This document shows, in pieces, positions 9,663 to 18,772 of a stretch of 64,000 bases of DNA. Position numbers and translations under genes: made by a program. Positions within the stretch are counted from its first letter, which is position 1. Every line of letters begins with the position of its first letter. Where the stretch lies: the IMG/VR virus record IMGVR_UViG_3300025466_000014; one strand, written 5' to 3'. The notes beneath the pieces were generated by a model. The model searched no databases and had not been told where the DNA came from. It saw only the letters and a program-made list of their open reading frames with translations. Source of the DNA: a virus.

Positions 9663-9691
9663 GTAGGTGGGCGCAAAAGGCGCCCACCTAC
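9663..9691 (-). terminator. Putative intrinsic terminator after the NUDIX gene
   Basis: Perfect 12-bp stem GTAGGTGGGCGC/GCGCCCACCTAC with a 5-nt loop; short U-tract on the minus strand. Confidence 0.55.
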
Positions 9692-9693
9692 TC

Positions 9694-10389
9694 CTACAGC
9701 AGTTGTTCTTCCATCTGATTAGCGAAAGCATAGTCTACAATCAACTTAGACCAATTTTCTAAACGGTCGTAAACTGCCGGTTCTTTTAGCTCTGTCCATG
9801 TAAGCCATTGAGAACCTTCAATTACTCCGACCTCGGCACTACCCAAACGGCTATCATCCGAAATAAGGGCTTTAATGAAAAGCCCTAGGTGTACCTGACC
9901 TACAGGGTTGGTGTCATCGTAAATTACTTCGTTATCCCAAAACATTGGGAGGTAATTGTCGTCACCAGGCAAAGAACCTTTAAGGCCCACTTCTTCCTCT
10001 AGTTCACGCAGAGCATCATTCATGAGATGCTTAAAAAGAATGTCTTGCGGACTAGAATCAATGTCCTCAGGGCCAGCAGATACATCCGTGTCTACGTGAC
10101 CACCTAAACCAATGCTCAGGTTTCCGTGTAGGCGTGCTTCCTCTCCGCCCTTGCCTCGGCAGTAGACAAAAACAGCTTTAGTGTCTTCACGTTGCAAAAC
10201 TACGTAGGGCAGCAACTGCAAAAAGCCTGGGTCAGTTTCGCAGGTAGCGCGGTCCTCCAGGGAGGTTTTTAGTCGCAGAGTTTCTTCTGGGACAGTTGCT
10301 ACCATGCCACCTTGAAGAGGTGGGTATTGGAGAATACGATTCAAGTCCATTAAGTCTTGACGTTTAATACACAATGCAAGTTTAGCCAT
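9694..10389 (-). CDS. NUDIX-family phosphoesterase (COG4112-like)
   Basis: E.DP...QLLPYVV...RLHG.LSIGLGGHVD...ALRELEEEVGL...NPVGQVHLG. Confidence 0.85.
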   Translation of the reverse strand: MAKLALCIKRQDLMDLNRILQYPPLQGGMVATVPEETLRLKTSLEDRATCETDPGFLQLLPYVVLQREDTKAVFVYCRGKGGEEARLHGNLSIGLGGHVDTDVSAGPEDIDSSPQDILFKHLMNDALRELEEEVGLKGSLPGDDNYLPMFWDNEVIYDDTNPVGQVHLGLFIKALISDDSRLGSAEVGVIEGSQWLTWTELKEPAVYDRLENWSKLIVDYAFANQMEEQLL

Positions 10390-10398
10390 TTTATTTCC

Positions 10399-10671
10399 TT
10401 AGTTGGGTTGAGTTGGGTTTTGTGGGTCTATAAGGTCGTCGCTTACGTTGTTATTTACAGATATACCTTTTTTATCTTTATCCAGAAGCCTGTCACGATA
10501 GTGATTGGCCTTGTACTTCCATTGGTCTTTTTGACCCTCAAGTTTGGCAACTTTTCGATTTAGAACATAGATTTCTTTTCTAAGAGGCTCAACTAATTCA
10601 GTAATGACTATCTTAGTAGCCTCCTCTTTAAGCTTCCTACAAAATTCTAACTCTTCTGAAGTAAAAGACAT
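10399..10671 (-). CDS. Hypothetical coiled-coil protein
   Basis: Packed ORF. Confidence 0.65.
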   Translation of the reverse strand: MSFTSEELEFCRKLKEEATKIVITELVEPLRKEIYVLNRKVAKLEGQKDQWKYKANHYRDRLLDKDKKGISVNNNVSDDLIDPQNPTQPN

Positions 10672-10673
10672 AT

Positions 10674-11192
10674 TTAATTACCAGAGATTTGTCCAGTTGC
10701 GTACAAGATGGTATCGTATAAATCAAAATTTAAATCTATTGTAAGTGGCGTTAAGTCTGCTTTTGACCCTGCTGCCAACAGATCTTCATCTTGAGAAATA
10801 CCTGTAAACTTATGCAGGAATATCACTTCGCCCTTACTGTCAAAATAAGATACTTCTATCTCGACAAGTGGCTCTTGAGTGTCGCAAGCTTCCCAGAGAA
10901 AGTTTATCTCCTTAATAACTTCCGCAGACATATTTACGCGCATAAACAAATGACCGGCAAGGCTGTCGTCCTTATGGTCATCGGCGTCTACATGCTCAAA
11001 TACGGGCTCGTCCTCATCTTCGTCATCATCAATCTCTTCAGCGTCTTCCGCCTCTTCATCAGGCATGTCGAAGGAGTATTCAATGACGTTTCTAGATAGA
11101 TGCTCTAACGTCTGGGAAGTAGGCAGTCCTTCTGAGTTTGGGAATACAAGTGAAACCGAGACACAAAAGTTACTAGCAGTCAATATTTCCAT
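10674..11192 (-). CDS. Acidic protein, possibly with a tail-tube (gp19)-like fold
   Basis: EIEVSYFDSKGEVIFLHKFTG...LTIDLNFD resembles tube-protein C-termini; internal D/E run. Fold call is weak. Confidence 0.6.
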   Translation of the reverse strand: MEILTASNFCVSVSLVFPNSEGLPTSQTLEHLSRNVIEYSFDMPDEEAEDAEEIDDDEDEDEPVFEHVDADDHKDDSLAGHLFMRVNMSAEVIKEINFLWEACDTQEPLVEIEVSYFDSKGEVIFLHKFTGISQDEDLLAAGSKADLTPLTIDLNFDLYDTILYATGQISGN

Positions 11193-11219
11193 AAAGTAGC
11201 AATCCTAAGTTAAAAACAT

Positions 11220-11231
11220 AATTTACAGTTT
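11220..11231 (-). promoter_or_regulatory. Phage promoter motif AAACTGTAAAT(T), minus strand
   Basis: 28 nt upstream of the 11192 start; same motif as five plus-strand copies. Confidence 0.6.
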
Positions 11232-11256
11232 TTGCTGTTGGTTCAGACTTTGCAAG

Positions 11257-11546
11257 TGCCTACAAACGTGTAGGCAAAGCATGGACAGTAATAAGCAGTA
11301 ATAAGCAAAAAGCCCGGTAAATGGGTAGAGTGCAAAGACAAGCAAAACTGTAAATATCGCATGTTATCGTTTAATCGTTTAATCGTTTAATCCGCTAAGT
11401 AAGAATATGTAAAGGTTACAAAGTATTGTGCTACTTTGTAACCTCTTTAATAGAAACAGGCAAAAGGCAAGAAAATTTACAAAGTAGTGTAGTAGCACAA
11501 TACTTTGTAAATTTATACCTAAAAACAGGCTAAAGGCAAGGAAATT
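11257..11546. repeat. Palindrome/direct-repeat array at the strand-divergence point (candidate origin or operator)
   Basis: Hairpin TGCCTACA-AACG-TGTAGGCA; 2x CAGTAATAAG; 3x ATCGTTTA; 13-bp IR 11413-11425/11432-11444; 14-bp IR 11473-11486/11501-11514; 2x AAACAGGCWAAAGGCAAGRAAATT at 11454 and 11523. Confidence 0.85.
11345..11356 (+). promoter_or_regulatory. Phage promoter motif AAACTGTAAATA
   Basis: Exact copy, intergenic. Confidence 0.6.
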
Positions 11547-11550
11547 AAAA

Positions 11551-13125
11551 ATGAAGATACAGAACTCCATACCAGATGGTAATAGCTCCACAGGAAACAT
11601 GATAGAAGAGCAGAGCATTACACCCATAAACCTAATGAAACGCGCACAATTAAAGGAATGGGCAATTGGAATGCGGGATACCGCAAAACCTATGCCTGTT
11701 AGGTTAATAAACGGGAATTTGTCTGTAGAAGCCTTTATTTCCTTTAGAGCTGGAACTGAGCAGGATGGGCAGATGATAAATCTGGGTACTATGCGCCTAA
11801 CCGGTATAAACGGGCGGTATGGAAACTGTGTTCTTAAGGTGGGTAACGGGCGTAAAGGCAGCCCACCGTTTCTCTGCATGGATTTTAGCCCCTCGCAATT
11901 TCTTGGGCTGGGTGAGAACTGGAAACAGGCAGAAGTAGAGAAGATTGTGGTAAATGGTCGAGAGTTGGAAATCGACCATACTTTGGCCGGTTACGTTAGG
12001 ATGATGCGGAGGCTGTTTACTGCCTTTTCTGGTATTGACATACCAGAGAATAACTCAATAATAAATAGGTTAAATACCACCTGCTACGTTGAGGCCGGCG
12101 ATGAGGCCTCGGCGGTTAGGATGTTGAATTACTTCCGTGCCGTAGGTGCTTCCTCCCATACTTCAATTGAGGATTCTCGGACAGACTACTTTTTGAAACC
12201 TATGGGCCTGTCTTACTTGCATCCTGAAAACGACAGCATAGAGAATCATGGTGTTAAATTCAAATGCAAGGCCACTATTGGAAAAAACGCAAACATAACT
12301 TATGCTACCGTCGATCTCTACATTAAAGGTTACGAGATGGAGGCTAATGACAAGGGACAACTTTGGATTAGGCGCGAGTTGAAAAAGTGTCTGCGGTTGG
12401 GTGTGGAGGTTTATATGAGGAACGCTATCCTAAATGGCATGTTGACCTTCAACAACGGCAAGGACGTTTCTATTCAAGGTGCTCTAGAGAGTTACCCTGA
12501 AAAATGGGAAACAATTAGGGAACGCTATCTAGGGTTAGCCAAACTAATAAAAGAAGAGGGGCCGCATGAGACGCCTATCCATGACTTGGAAAAAGTTGTT
12601 AACGATCTCTACGGGCCGCACTTCTTTCAAAAATGTATTCGTGAATGGGTACTGACAGTTTCCAATTTCCGAATGCTGTATGGAAATATGTACGTCGATA
12701 TTAGGCCCATCTTAGAGGAGAGAATTCTTGGGGCTTTGAGAGGTGTAAAGCACGAGCTTGCGGAAGAATCGGTCGAGCAGTGGCTAACCGGTTCAGAGAT
12801 TCACATTGAAGGCAATAGAGTTTATCAGGCAGACGTTTACCGACAATGGAGAACTACAATGGGGTTTGACCCCAGAACTTTCTCCTTTGCTTCCTACCGA
12901 AGTCTTTTAAAGGCCCAGAACAAAGCCTGCACGTCACATAAATGGATGGATCGTTTTCTTTTGGGTAGCCTAACTTCTGAGGACATGCAGCAATGTGTTA
13001 ATGAACGTGATACAAGCAAACGTTCTTTAGTGAAAGCAATTAGGACGTCGTTTACGTCCATACCTAACACCTACACGCTCACTTACTCCATGGACTTGGA
13101 TGATCTAGAATTAAATGAGAATTAA
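11551..13125 (+). CDS. Large protein with putative Rep_trans/phage gpII-X-like replication-initiator fold
   Basis: Ordered motifs MDFSPSQFLGLGEN, INRLNTT, LYIKGYEM, LRLGVEV parallel the Rep_trans/gpII motifs (GSPxK..GhN, RxD, YxK..E, RxE). CDS is secure; function is inferred. Confidence 0.5.
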   Translation: MKIQNSIPDGNSSTGNMIEEQSITPINLMKRAQLKEWAIGMRDTAKPMPVRLINGNLSVEAFISFRAGTEQDGQMINLGTMRLTGINGRYGNCVLKVGNGRKGSPPFLCMDFSPSQFLGLGENWKQAEVEKIVVNGRELEIDHTLAGYVRMMRRLFTAFSGIDIPENNSIINRLNTTCYVEAGDEASAVRMLNYFRAVGASSHTSIEDSRTDYFLKPMGLSYLHPENDSIENHGVKFKCKATIGKNANITYATVDLYIKGYEMEANDKGQLWIRRELKKCLRLGVEVYMRNAILNGMLTFNNGKDVSIQGALESYPEKWETIRERYLGLAKLIKEEGPHETPIHDLEKVVNDLYGPHFFQKCIREWVLTVSNFRMLYGNMYVDIRPILEERILGALRGVKHELAEESVEQWLTGSEIHIEGNRVYQADVYRQWRTTMGFDPRTFSFASYRSLLKAQNKACTSHKWMDRFLLGSLTSEDMQQCVNERDTSKRSLVKAIRTSFTSIPNTYTLTYSMDLDDLELNEN

Positions 13126-13133
13126 AAATCAAA

Positions 13134-14630
13134 ATGTTAAACGATATTAAAGTCTTTAGAGCCCTAAAAATTTATCAGGAAATACTGAAAACTTACAACA
13201 ACAGCCAAAACACTTTGGCAGTTATGGACATTGTAGGTAACCAAGCCTACAAAGAAAACATGGATTTTCTTGACGCTGTCCTTGCTGAAGCCAGCTTGCA
13301 GTTTCCGAGCTATGGCTCTTTTATTATGGAACATCTGTACGGTAATTGGGTTTCACCTGTGGAAGTAAAAGAATTAGAAAAAGTAAAGCCGGTAGTTGAG
13401 GAATTAACTACCGACCAAGCCAATGCCTGGGCAAACATTCTGCGGTGGCTGGAAACCAGTCAACCGTTCTTTGTTCTTAAAGGTTTTGCAGGTACAGGTA
13501 AGTCATTTCTAATGAAGAAGCTTACAGGGCTACCGAAAAGAAACTTTTATTTTTCCGCGCCTACTAATAAAGCAACCGCGGTTTTGGCAAAATTTGTTGG
13601 CGAAGACTGCAAAACAACTTATGGGCTTTTAGGTCTACGCATGGAGGCTGAGGACGACAAGCTAGTATTAAAGGTAAAAGACCTGCCTAATAATCTAGGT
13701 AGCAATCCTATACTGGTCATAGACGAAGCAGGCATGATACCCAAGGTACTTGCGGAGCTTATAAAAGACATTTGTTTAAAGAAGGGCTGGCGTGCAATTT
13801 TTGTTGGTGACCCCGCACAGCTAAACCCTGTAGGTGAGGAAAGCTCTATTGTTTGGACGTTTGCGCCTAAGGAATGGCGTTCCTTTCTCAGGGAAGTTAA
13901 ACGTTTCGATAACCAGCTGCTAAAGTTGTCGATAGACATTCGTGAATGCCTAAAAACAAAGAATTACGAATCACCAATCGAAAACAACAATGATGAAAAC
14001 GGAGGTGTATTTGTTTTGGCCTCACGCAAGGAAATGCTCAAACATCTGGCTAAACTGGAACTGGAAGAATGGGGTGACCAGAAGGTTATTTGCTGGCGCA
14101 ACAAGACAGTTGACCTGTATAACGAATACATTAGAAAGAATTTGGGCTTGGAAGGGAAATACGCTGTAGGTGAAAGAGTTCTTCTTGCAAGTCCTTTGGT
14201 AAGCGGGCAGACAATACTGGCCCATACTGACGAAGAGTTTAAAATAGCACACATAGAAGACAGAATCTTTAACTTCCCAGAAGGCTCAATTGAAACCTAC
14301 GCTCTGTCCTTGGTAAATTTTCAACCTCGATTTTACGTTCCTAAAGACGAAGGCCAGTTTAGTAGATTCCTAAACATGCGGGCCTCTGCTGCAAGTAAGG
14401 CGCCTGCTCACCAGCGCCGTAACTTGTGGAAGTCCTTTTGGGAGATTAAAAACACATTTCAGTCTGTCCGCTACTCCTATGCTTTAACGTCGCATCGAAT
14501 TCAGGGCTCAACTGTAAAAAATGTTTATGTTGACCAGGCAGACATACTTGCCAATCGGAACGAAAAGGAAGCCTTCCGTTGCTTGTACGTAGCGGCTACT
14601 CGGCCACAAGTTTCTCTTTTTACTTACTAA
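13134..14630 (+). CDS. dda: Dda/RecD-like SF1B DNA helicase
   Basis: GFAGTGKS, IDEAGM, VGDPAQL, YALTSHRIQGST, YVAATRP. Confidence 0.92.
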   Translation: MLNDIKVFRALKIYQEILKTYNNSQNTLAVMDIVGNQAYKENMDFLDAVLAEASLQFPSYGSFIMEHLYGNWVSPVEVKELEKVKPVVEELTTDQANAWANILRWLETSQPFFVLKGFAGTGKSFLMKKLTGLPKRNFYFSAPTNKATAVLAKFVGEDCKTTYGLLGLRMEAEDDKLVLKVKDLPNNLGSNPILVIDEAGMIPKVLAELIKDICLKKGWRAIFVGDPAQLNPVGEESSIVWTFAPKEWRSFLREVKRFDNQLLKLSIDIRECLKTKNYESPIENNNDENGGVFVLASRKEMLKHLAKLELEEWGDQKVICWRNKTVDLYNEYIRKNLGLEGKYAVGERVLLASPLVSGQTILAHTDEEFKIAHIEDRIFNFPEGSIETYALSLVNFQPRFYVPKDEGQFSRFLNMRASAASKAPAHQRRNLWKSFWEIKNTFQSVRYSYALTSHRIQGSTVKNVYVDQADILANRNEKEAFRCLYVAATRPQVSLFTY

Positions 14631-14649
14631 CTCTGAAAATCAGAAAATA

Positions 14650-15060
14650 ATGAAAAAATTAAATGCACTCCTAAAATCTAAAAATCTAGAGCTTGCCTAC
14701 TACGCACAGTCAAGCCTTAAAACCTTGGTACTGATAGGTGACGGAAACGAGCGCGTTAATATGTCTACTTATCCAATAAAGATAAGACCTGTTTACCCTA
14801 AAGGTGCAAGCCCTTTGCAAAAAGCTAAAGCTCTGTCAGACGCTAAAGACGACATTCGTACAACCTTTGTGGCAAACTACATTGCGACAAATCCAAATTG
14901 TCTGGAATTTCGGTATCTGCACATTATTGAGGAGCCTTGGACTAAAGTACCTCCCGCCCAGATGACGTACGATATAGGATTTAACCTAGATTTAGGCGAG
15001 CGTAAAACAGACTTTGCCTTTGTGTTTTCTAGGCGTCCGCTACGTCCCGAAAAACTGTAA
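14650..15060 (+). CDS. Hypothetical protein
   Basis: 136-aa ORF. Confidence 0.7.
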   Translation: MKKLNALLKSKNLELAYYAQSSLKTLVLIGDGNERVNMSTYPIKIRPVYPKGASPLQKAKALSDAKDDIRTTFVANYIATNPNCLEFRYLHIIEEPWTKVPPAQMTYDIGFNLDLGERKTDFAFVFSRRPLRPEKL

Positions 15061-15063
15061 ATA
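15052..15063 (+). promoter_or_regulatory. Phage promoter motif AAACTGTAAATA
   Basis: Exact copy, 30 nt before ATG 15093. Confidence 0.6.
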
Positions 15064-15092
15064 AAGCGTACAACAATTGAGGTTAACGCAAA

Positions 15093-15284
15093 ATGCAATT
15101 TCGTGATTTACTTAAACCGCATCAATTAGCTGCTCTGGAGGCCCTTACAACAAAAGCATCGACCGTAAAGACTTTATCTGAAGATCCACGGATGACTGCT
15201 CGTCCAGTAAAGACCGGTAAGCCGTTAAAGACGCAAGTGTTTCAACGGAAACATCGAAAAATTGACCCAACTCTGTTGCCCTAA
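15093..15284 (+). CDS. Small basic hypothetical protein
   Basis: Follows the promoter motif. Confidence 0.55.
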   Translation: MQFRDLLKPHQLAALEALTTKASTVKTLSEDPRMTARPVKTGKPLKTQVFQRKHRKIDPTLLP

Positions 15285-15323
15285 TTTAGGGCGTTGACTT
15301 AAAAATTTAAAGGAAGAAAAGAA

Positions 15324-15977
15324 ATGAAAAAATACGTAACTATTGCTGATTTGGAAATGGGTGACGTGCGCGAGCCTATCTGGGCACTAAACACCTCAGC
15401 CGACTCTGAAATTGGACAACCTGGTAACGTACACGTTGGTATTCCAAAAACAAACGGTACTAAAGTAGATGCTCTGTTCTTGCCGCAAACCTGGCTGCCT
15501 CACTGTCTCACTGACCAGGTGCCTCGCTCTCAATTGCTGTTGGCATCTGAATTCCGCAATGCGGTTAACAGCAAGCTGATTACGCTTATCACTCCAGAAC
15601 ACGCCAATCAAGTCCAAAATCAAGATGGTGCAGAAGAGGAGCGAGAGCGCCTGGCTGCGTTTAAACGCCACATCAAAGAATCTACCCAGATGCGCTCCAT
15701 TGCAGATTCTGGCGCCGAAGTTATTTCAACTTCACAGATTGACGAAGGTCGTAATGTTGGGACTGACAAGGCAGAACTTAGCCCGTCATTTGTAATGTTT
15801 GCAAATTCATTGAAAATGAAGTCTGACATTGAGGCATTGAACTTGATTCGTGGTCGTGCCAAATTTAAAGTGTCTGAGATGCGCAATCTTCTCACTGTTT
15901 TAAAAGACAAGACTAAAGTGGTTGCTTTTGTCCGTGAACGGCTTGACGCAGTAAAAGCCAAACGCGCTGACAAATAA
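15324..15977 (+). CDS. Conserved large-phage hypothetical protein
   Basis: LPQTWLP..LTDQVPR.QLL..SEFR.AV...LI motif; AAGGA RBS. Confidence 0.8.
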   Translation: MKKYVTIADLEMGDVREPIWALNTSADSEIGQPGNVHVGIPKTNGTKVDALFLPQTWLPHCLTDQVPRSQLLLASEFRNAVNSKLITLITPEHANQVQNQDGAEEERERLAAFKRHIKESTQMRSIADSGAEVISTSQIDEGRNVGTDKAELSPSFVMFANSLKMKSDIEALNLIRGRAKFKVSEMRNLLTVLKDKTKVVAFVRERLDAVKAKRADK

Positions 15978-16028
15978 ACGGTGTAAATAAAACAGCAAAT
16001 TTGAGCCAGAATTAGCTTAGATTTGCTT

Positions 16029-16168
16029 AAAAACACTGCAAAAACGTGGAAAACCTGCTTGGGCAAGCAAAAAAGGTGCTTGTCTGCCAGGTTTTTCCTG
16101 CTTTTTAGGTAAAAATTTCACTTTTTTGCTGTTTTTAGCTTGAGGTTGACTGTTTTTGGTGTTAAAAT
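16029..16168 (+). promoter_or_regulatory. Sigma70-type promoter (TTGAGG-17-TGnTAAAAT) with upstream phased A/T tracts
   Basis: TTGAGG 16140-16145, TG-T-TAAAAT 16160-16168; A/T runs about every 10 bp upstream. Confidence 0.65.
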
Positions 16169-16238
16169 TAAGTTGTCGAAAGACAGGCGAAACTATCTTT
16201 CGATTTATTTAACTTTCAATTTTTTCAGGAGTTTCAAA

Positions 16239-16496
16239 ATGGCTAAAACAGTTAATACAGTTTCCGGTAACAAAGCAATTAAAGTCCGTGCATTGTTTGA
16301 GAACGGCCCGTTCGTTATCCGCTTCCGCACCACACGCAACGGCTTCTCTGCAACAACCCGCGGTCGTCCTCGTATTCGCATCTGCGAAAACACCGAGGGC
16401 AAGGGCTACAGTGCCTGGATTGGTTCTAAGTGTGTTGAGTCTGCCCGCACACCTGAGCAAGCCTATCGCAAAGTTGTTAAGGCTGCCTGGTTGTAA
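16239..16496 (+). CDS. Small basic hypothetical protein
   Basis: AGGAG RBS, MAKTVNT... Confidence 0.75.
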   Translation: MAKTVNTVSGNKAIKVRALFENGPFVIRFRTTRNGFSATTRGRPRIRICENTEGKGYSAWIGSKCVESARTPEQAYRKVVKAAWL

Positions 16497-16579
16497 GTTT
16501 CTGGTTGGTTAGTTGGTGAGGTGGTTAGTTTTTTATTTGGTTGATTTTTCTTTCTCCTCTTTTTCTTTGGAGTCTTATT

Positions 16580-17053
16580 ATGATCCGTGCTCTCAAGTTT
16601 ACGTCTACTTCAAAAATGTTTTTTGAGGCAGCCTCTAAAGCTTACCGTTATTGGCTGCAAGTCGGGCCTAACGCACGTTGCGTTGTGCAAATACGCGCAA
16701 CCGAACTTGCAAAGTTCCGTTCTTCTGCGGAAGGCTTGCAAGTTGAAAAGTTCGTGGACATCTTGTCCATGGGCGGTGGTTGGTACGAAATCACCGAAAA
16801 GGCATGGGCTAAACCGAAGTTCTGCAATGAGGGCGCGGTTCTCAGCACATTGCCTTCTCGCGGCGTTGCTTTGTGGGTTCGAGCTTTAAATCTCGCCTAC
16901 AACAACCGTGTTAACGCTAACACGTATGGCTATGCCATTAAGGTAGTACCCTTCGGTACTTGCCTGTCGCACAAACAAAATCAAAATCAAAATAAACCTT
17001 TGCCCGCAAGTCCTAGCAAGCTCGCGGCATTGGCTGCAAAATTCTGCGCTTAA
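16580..17053 (+). CDS. Hypothetical protein
   Basis: GGAG RBS, MIRALK... Confidence 0.7.
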   Translation: MIRALKFTSTSKMFFEAASKAYRYWLQVGPNARCVVQIRATELAKFRSSAEGLQVEKFVDILSMGGGWYEITEKAWAKPKFCNEGAVLSTLPSRGVALWVRALNLAYNNRVNANTYGYAIKVVPFGTCLSHKQNQNQNKPLPASPSKLAALAAKFCA

Positions 17054-17080
17054 AGTTTTGTTCTGAGGGAGGTACCTTTT

Positions 17081-17440
17081 ATGAACAGTAACCAGCGCAT
17101 TGTGCGGAAAACTCAAATCCTTCTGGACTTTGCAAAGTTCCGCATTGACCTAAAAACGCTCTCTAAAGAAGAGCAGGTACAGTTGCAAGTAGCCAAGCTT
17201 CCTCTAGAAAGCGAGCCTTGCCGCTACTACCCTAACAAGCCTGTTAAAGGCTCTGCGTTTTCAGCAATCAACGAAAACGCTTTGTGCGGTGGATATTTCC
17301 GCACCGACAAAGGTGAAGTTAAAGTGCTCGTGGTTTTGACAGACAGACCACAGTACCGTGATCAGCATGACTTTGTGACTGCCGATTTGTGCCACGTTAA
17401 ACTGCCTGCCGTTAAAAAACCTAAGGTTGCCGCATGTTAG
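17081..17440 (+). CDS. Hypothetical protein
   Basis: GGAGG RBS. Confidence 0.7.
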   Translation: MNSNQRIVRKTQILLDFAKFRIDLKTLSKEEQVQLQVAKLPLESEPCRYYPNKPVKGSAFSAINENALCGGYFRTDKGEVKVLVVLTDRPQYRDQHDFVTADLCHVKLPAVKKPKVAAC

Positions 17441-17709
17441 AACTTTTAATTAAAAATTTGAAGGAACTTGAGGAAAGCGACGTAGAGTACAAAGTTTATC
17501 TGACGGACGCAGATCCGCAGATTCCTCTAGTTGCAAAAATTGTTGAACTGGCTGAAAGTGAACTAATCACTGTAGGCGGCAGCCCTAAATTCTTTGCGCA
17601 TTTTGCCTTAGAAAACGCAGGTTTTCGAGTTACCGCTGGCGAAAAAGATTCTTTTGGCTGGCTAACTGGTGTTATTCACACTAACAAAGGAATGATAGTT
17701 TATGGCTAG
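17434..17709 (+). CDS. Conserved phage hypothetical protein
   Basis: GEKDSFGWLTGVI.T.KG.IVYG motif. Confidence 0.75.
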   Translation: MLELLIKNLKELEESDVEYKVYLTDADPQIPLVAKIVELAESELITVGGSPKFFAHFALENAGFRVTAGEKDSFGWLTGVIHTNKGMIVYG

Positions 17710-18037
17710 TTTGCTTGAGCGTATCGAAACGCACGTAAAAAATCATACCACGGCCGGTTACCAGTGGCCCGACAACGCAAAGTACGCGGTACACTACAAC
17801 ACTTCCACCTGGCCTGTGGGCTGGGATAAAGAGTCAACCGTAAAGTTTTTTACAAGTCGTGAAGAGCTTGACGGTTGGTTTGCGGAAATGCAAAAATGGG
17901 CAGAGCTGGAAGACAACTATTTTTGTGCTCGGGCTTATGTTTGGGATTTGGGTCCCAACCGAATGCAAGAGTTTAGTTCTTGGGAATTCCCTAATGAATT
18001 TCCGAGGACTCACAAAGAAAAACTTAATGGACTTTAA
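17702..18037 (+). CDS. Hypothetical protein
   Basis: Packed ORF. Confidence 0.7.
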   Translation: MASLLERIETHVKNHTTAGYQWPDNAKYAVHYNTSTWPVGWDKESTVKFFTSREELDGWFAEMQKWAELEDNYFCARAYVWDLGPNRMQEFSSWEFPNEFPRTHKEKLNGL

Positions 18038-18038
18038 A

Positions 18039-18203
18039 ATGAAAAATTTTGATTTGTACGTTGTCGCTCTTATATTCCTAGCCTTCGGGTTTGCGGCTGG
18101 CGGCTTAGCCGTAGACAGTAACTGGCGCAATGATTGCGACAAAATAAAAGCTCACCTAAGCGGTCAGCTTGTTTACAAATGTGAAGTTAAACAAGGAGAT
18201 TAA
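18039..18203 (+). CDS. Small membrane-anchored protein
   Basis: N-terminal TM segment and a Cys pair. Confidence 0.6.
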   Translation: MKNFDLYVVALIFLAFGFAAGGLAVDSNWRNDCDKIKAHLSGQLVYKCEVKQGD

Positions 18204-18204
18204 G

Positions 18205-18435
18205 ATGTTTAATTCTTTTAAAAATAGTTTGACACCAAACAACAAAAAACAATTTGGCATTCTGTTTCGCATTTTGCCTTTGGCTGTTATTGTGGCCGCG
18301 CTAAACGTTGCGATAACTTTTATGTTTTTTAAAATAGGGTTTTCGCCTCTGCTAACAAGTTTTATTCTTACCGTTTTGGACTTGGCAGCGGCTAGGGCAA
18401 TCACAAAGTTTTTAGCTACGTACATTGGAGGTTAA
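18205..18435 (+). CDS. Small membrane protein (2 TM)
   Basis: AGGAG RBS; hydrophobic. Confidence 0.7.
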   Translation: MFNSFKNSLTPNNKKQFGILFRILPLAVIVAALNVAITFMFFKIGFSPLLTSFILTVLDLAAARAITKFLATYIGG

Positions 18436-18437
18436 TT

Positions 18438-18767
18438 ATGGGCGCACGTATTTCAATTGACCTTCAAGGTCTTTTAAATCACCCCTCAGTTTCCGTGGAG
18501 TTGTTTACCGAAAAAGAAATCCTTGTTACTTCCAACATAGACGAAGTTACGGGTCTTTCTGTAGACGAAGAGACAATTGAGTTTGAACATCGTGCTAAGG
18601 TTAACTTTAAAGATGCGGAGTTGTTGTACTATTTTTCTTATAGTGCATACGCCAACAACGTTATTCTTGAAGGCGACTTTAACTTCTTTCGTAATGAAGA
18701 AGGCCACAAAAGGCTCATGCGAGCACTGTTTGAGTGCAGCGTACCATTCACTGTTATACCGGGATAA
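18438..18767 (+). CDS. Hypothetical protein
   Basis: GGAGG RBS. Confidence 0.75.
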   Translation: MGARISIDLQGLLNHPSVSVELFTEKEILVTSNIDEVTGLSVDEETIEFEHRAKVNFKDAELLYYFSYSAYANNVILEGDFNFFRNEEGHKRLMRALFECSVPFTVIPG

Positions 18768-18772
18768 ACTAA

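Noticed and set aside
11286-11546. Possible CRISPR array
   Set aside because: Repeats are tandem or inverted, short, and lack unique equal-length spacers; no cas genes.
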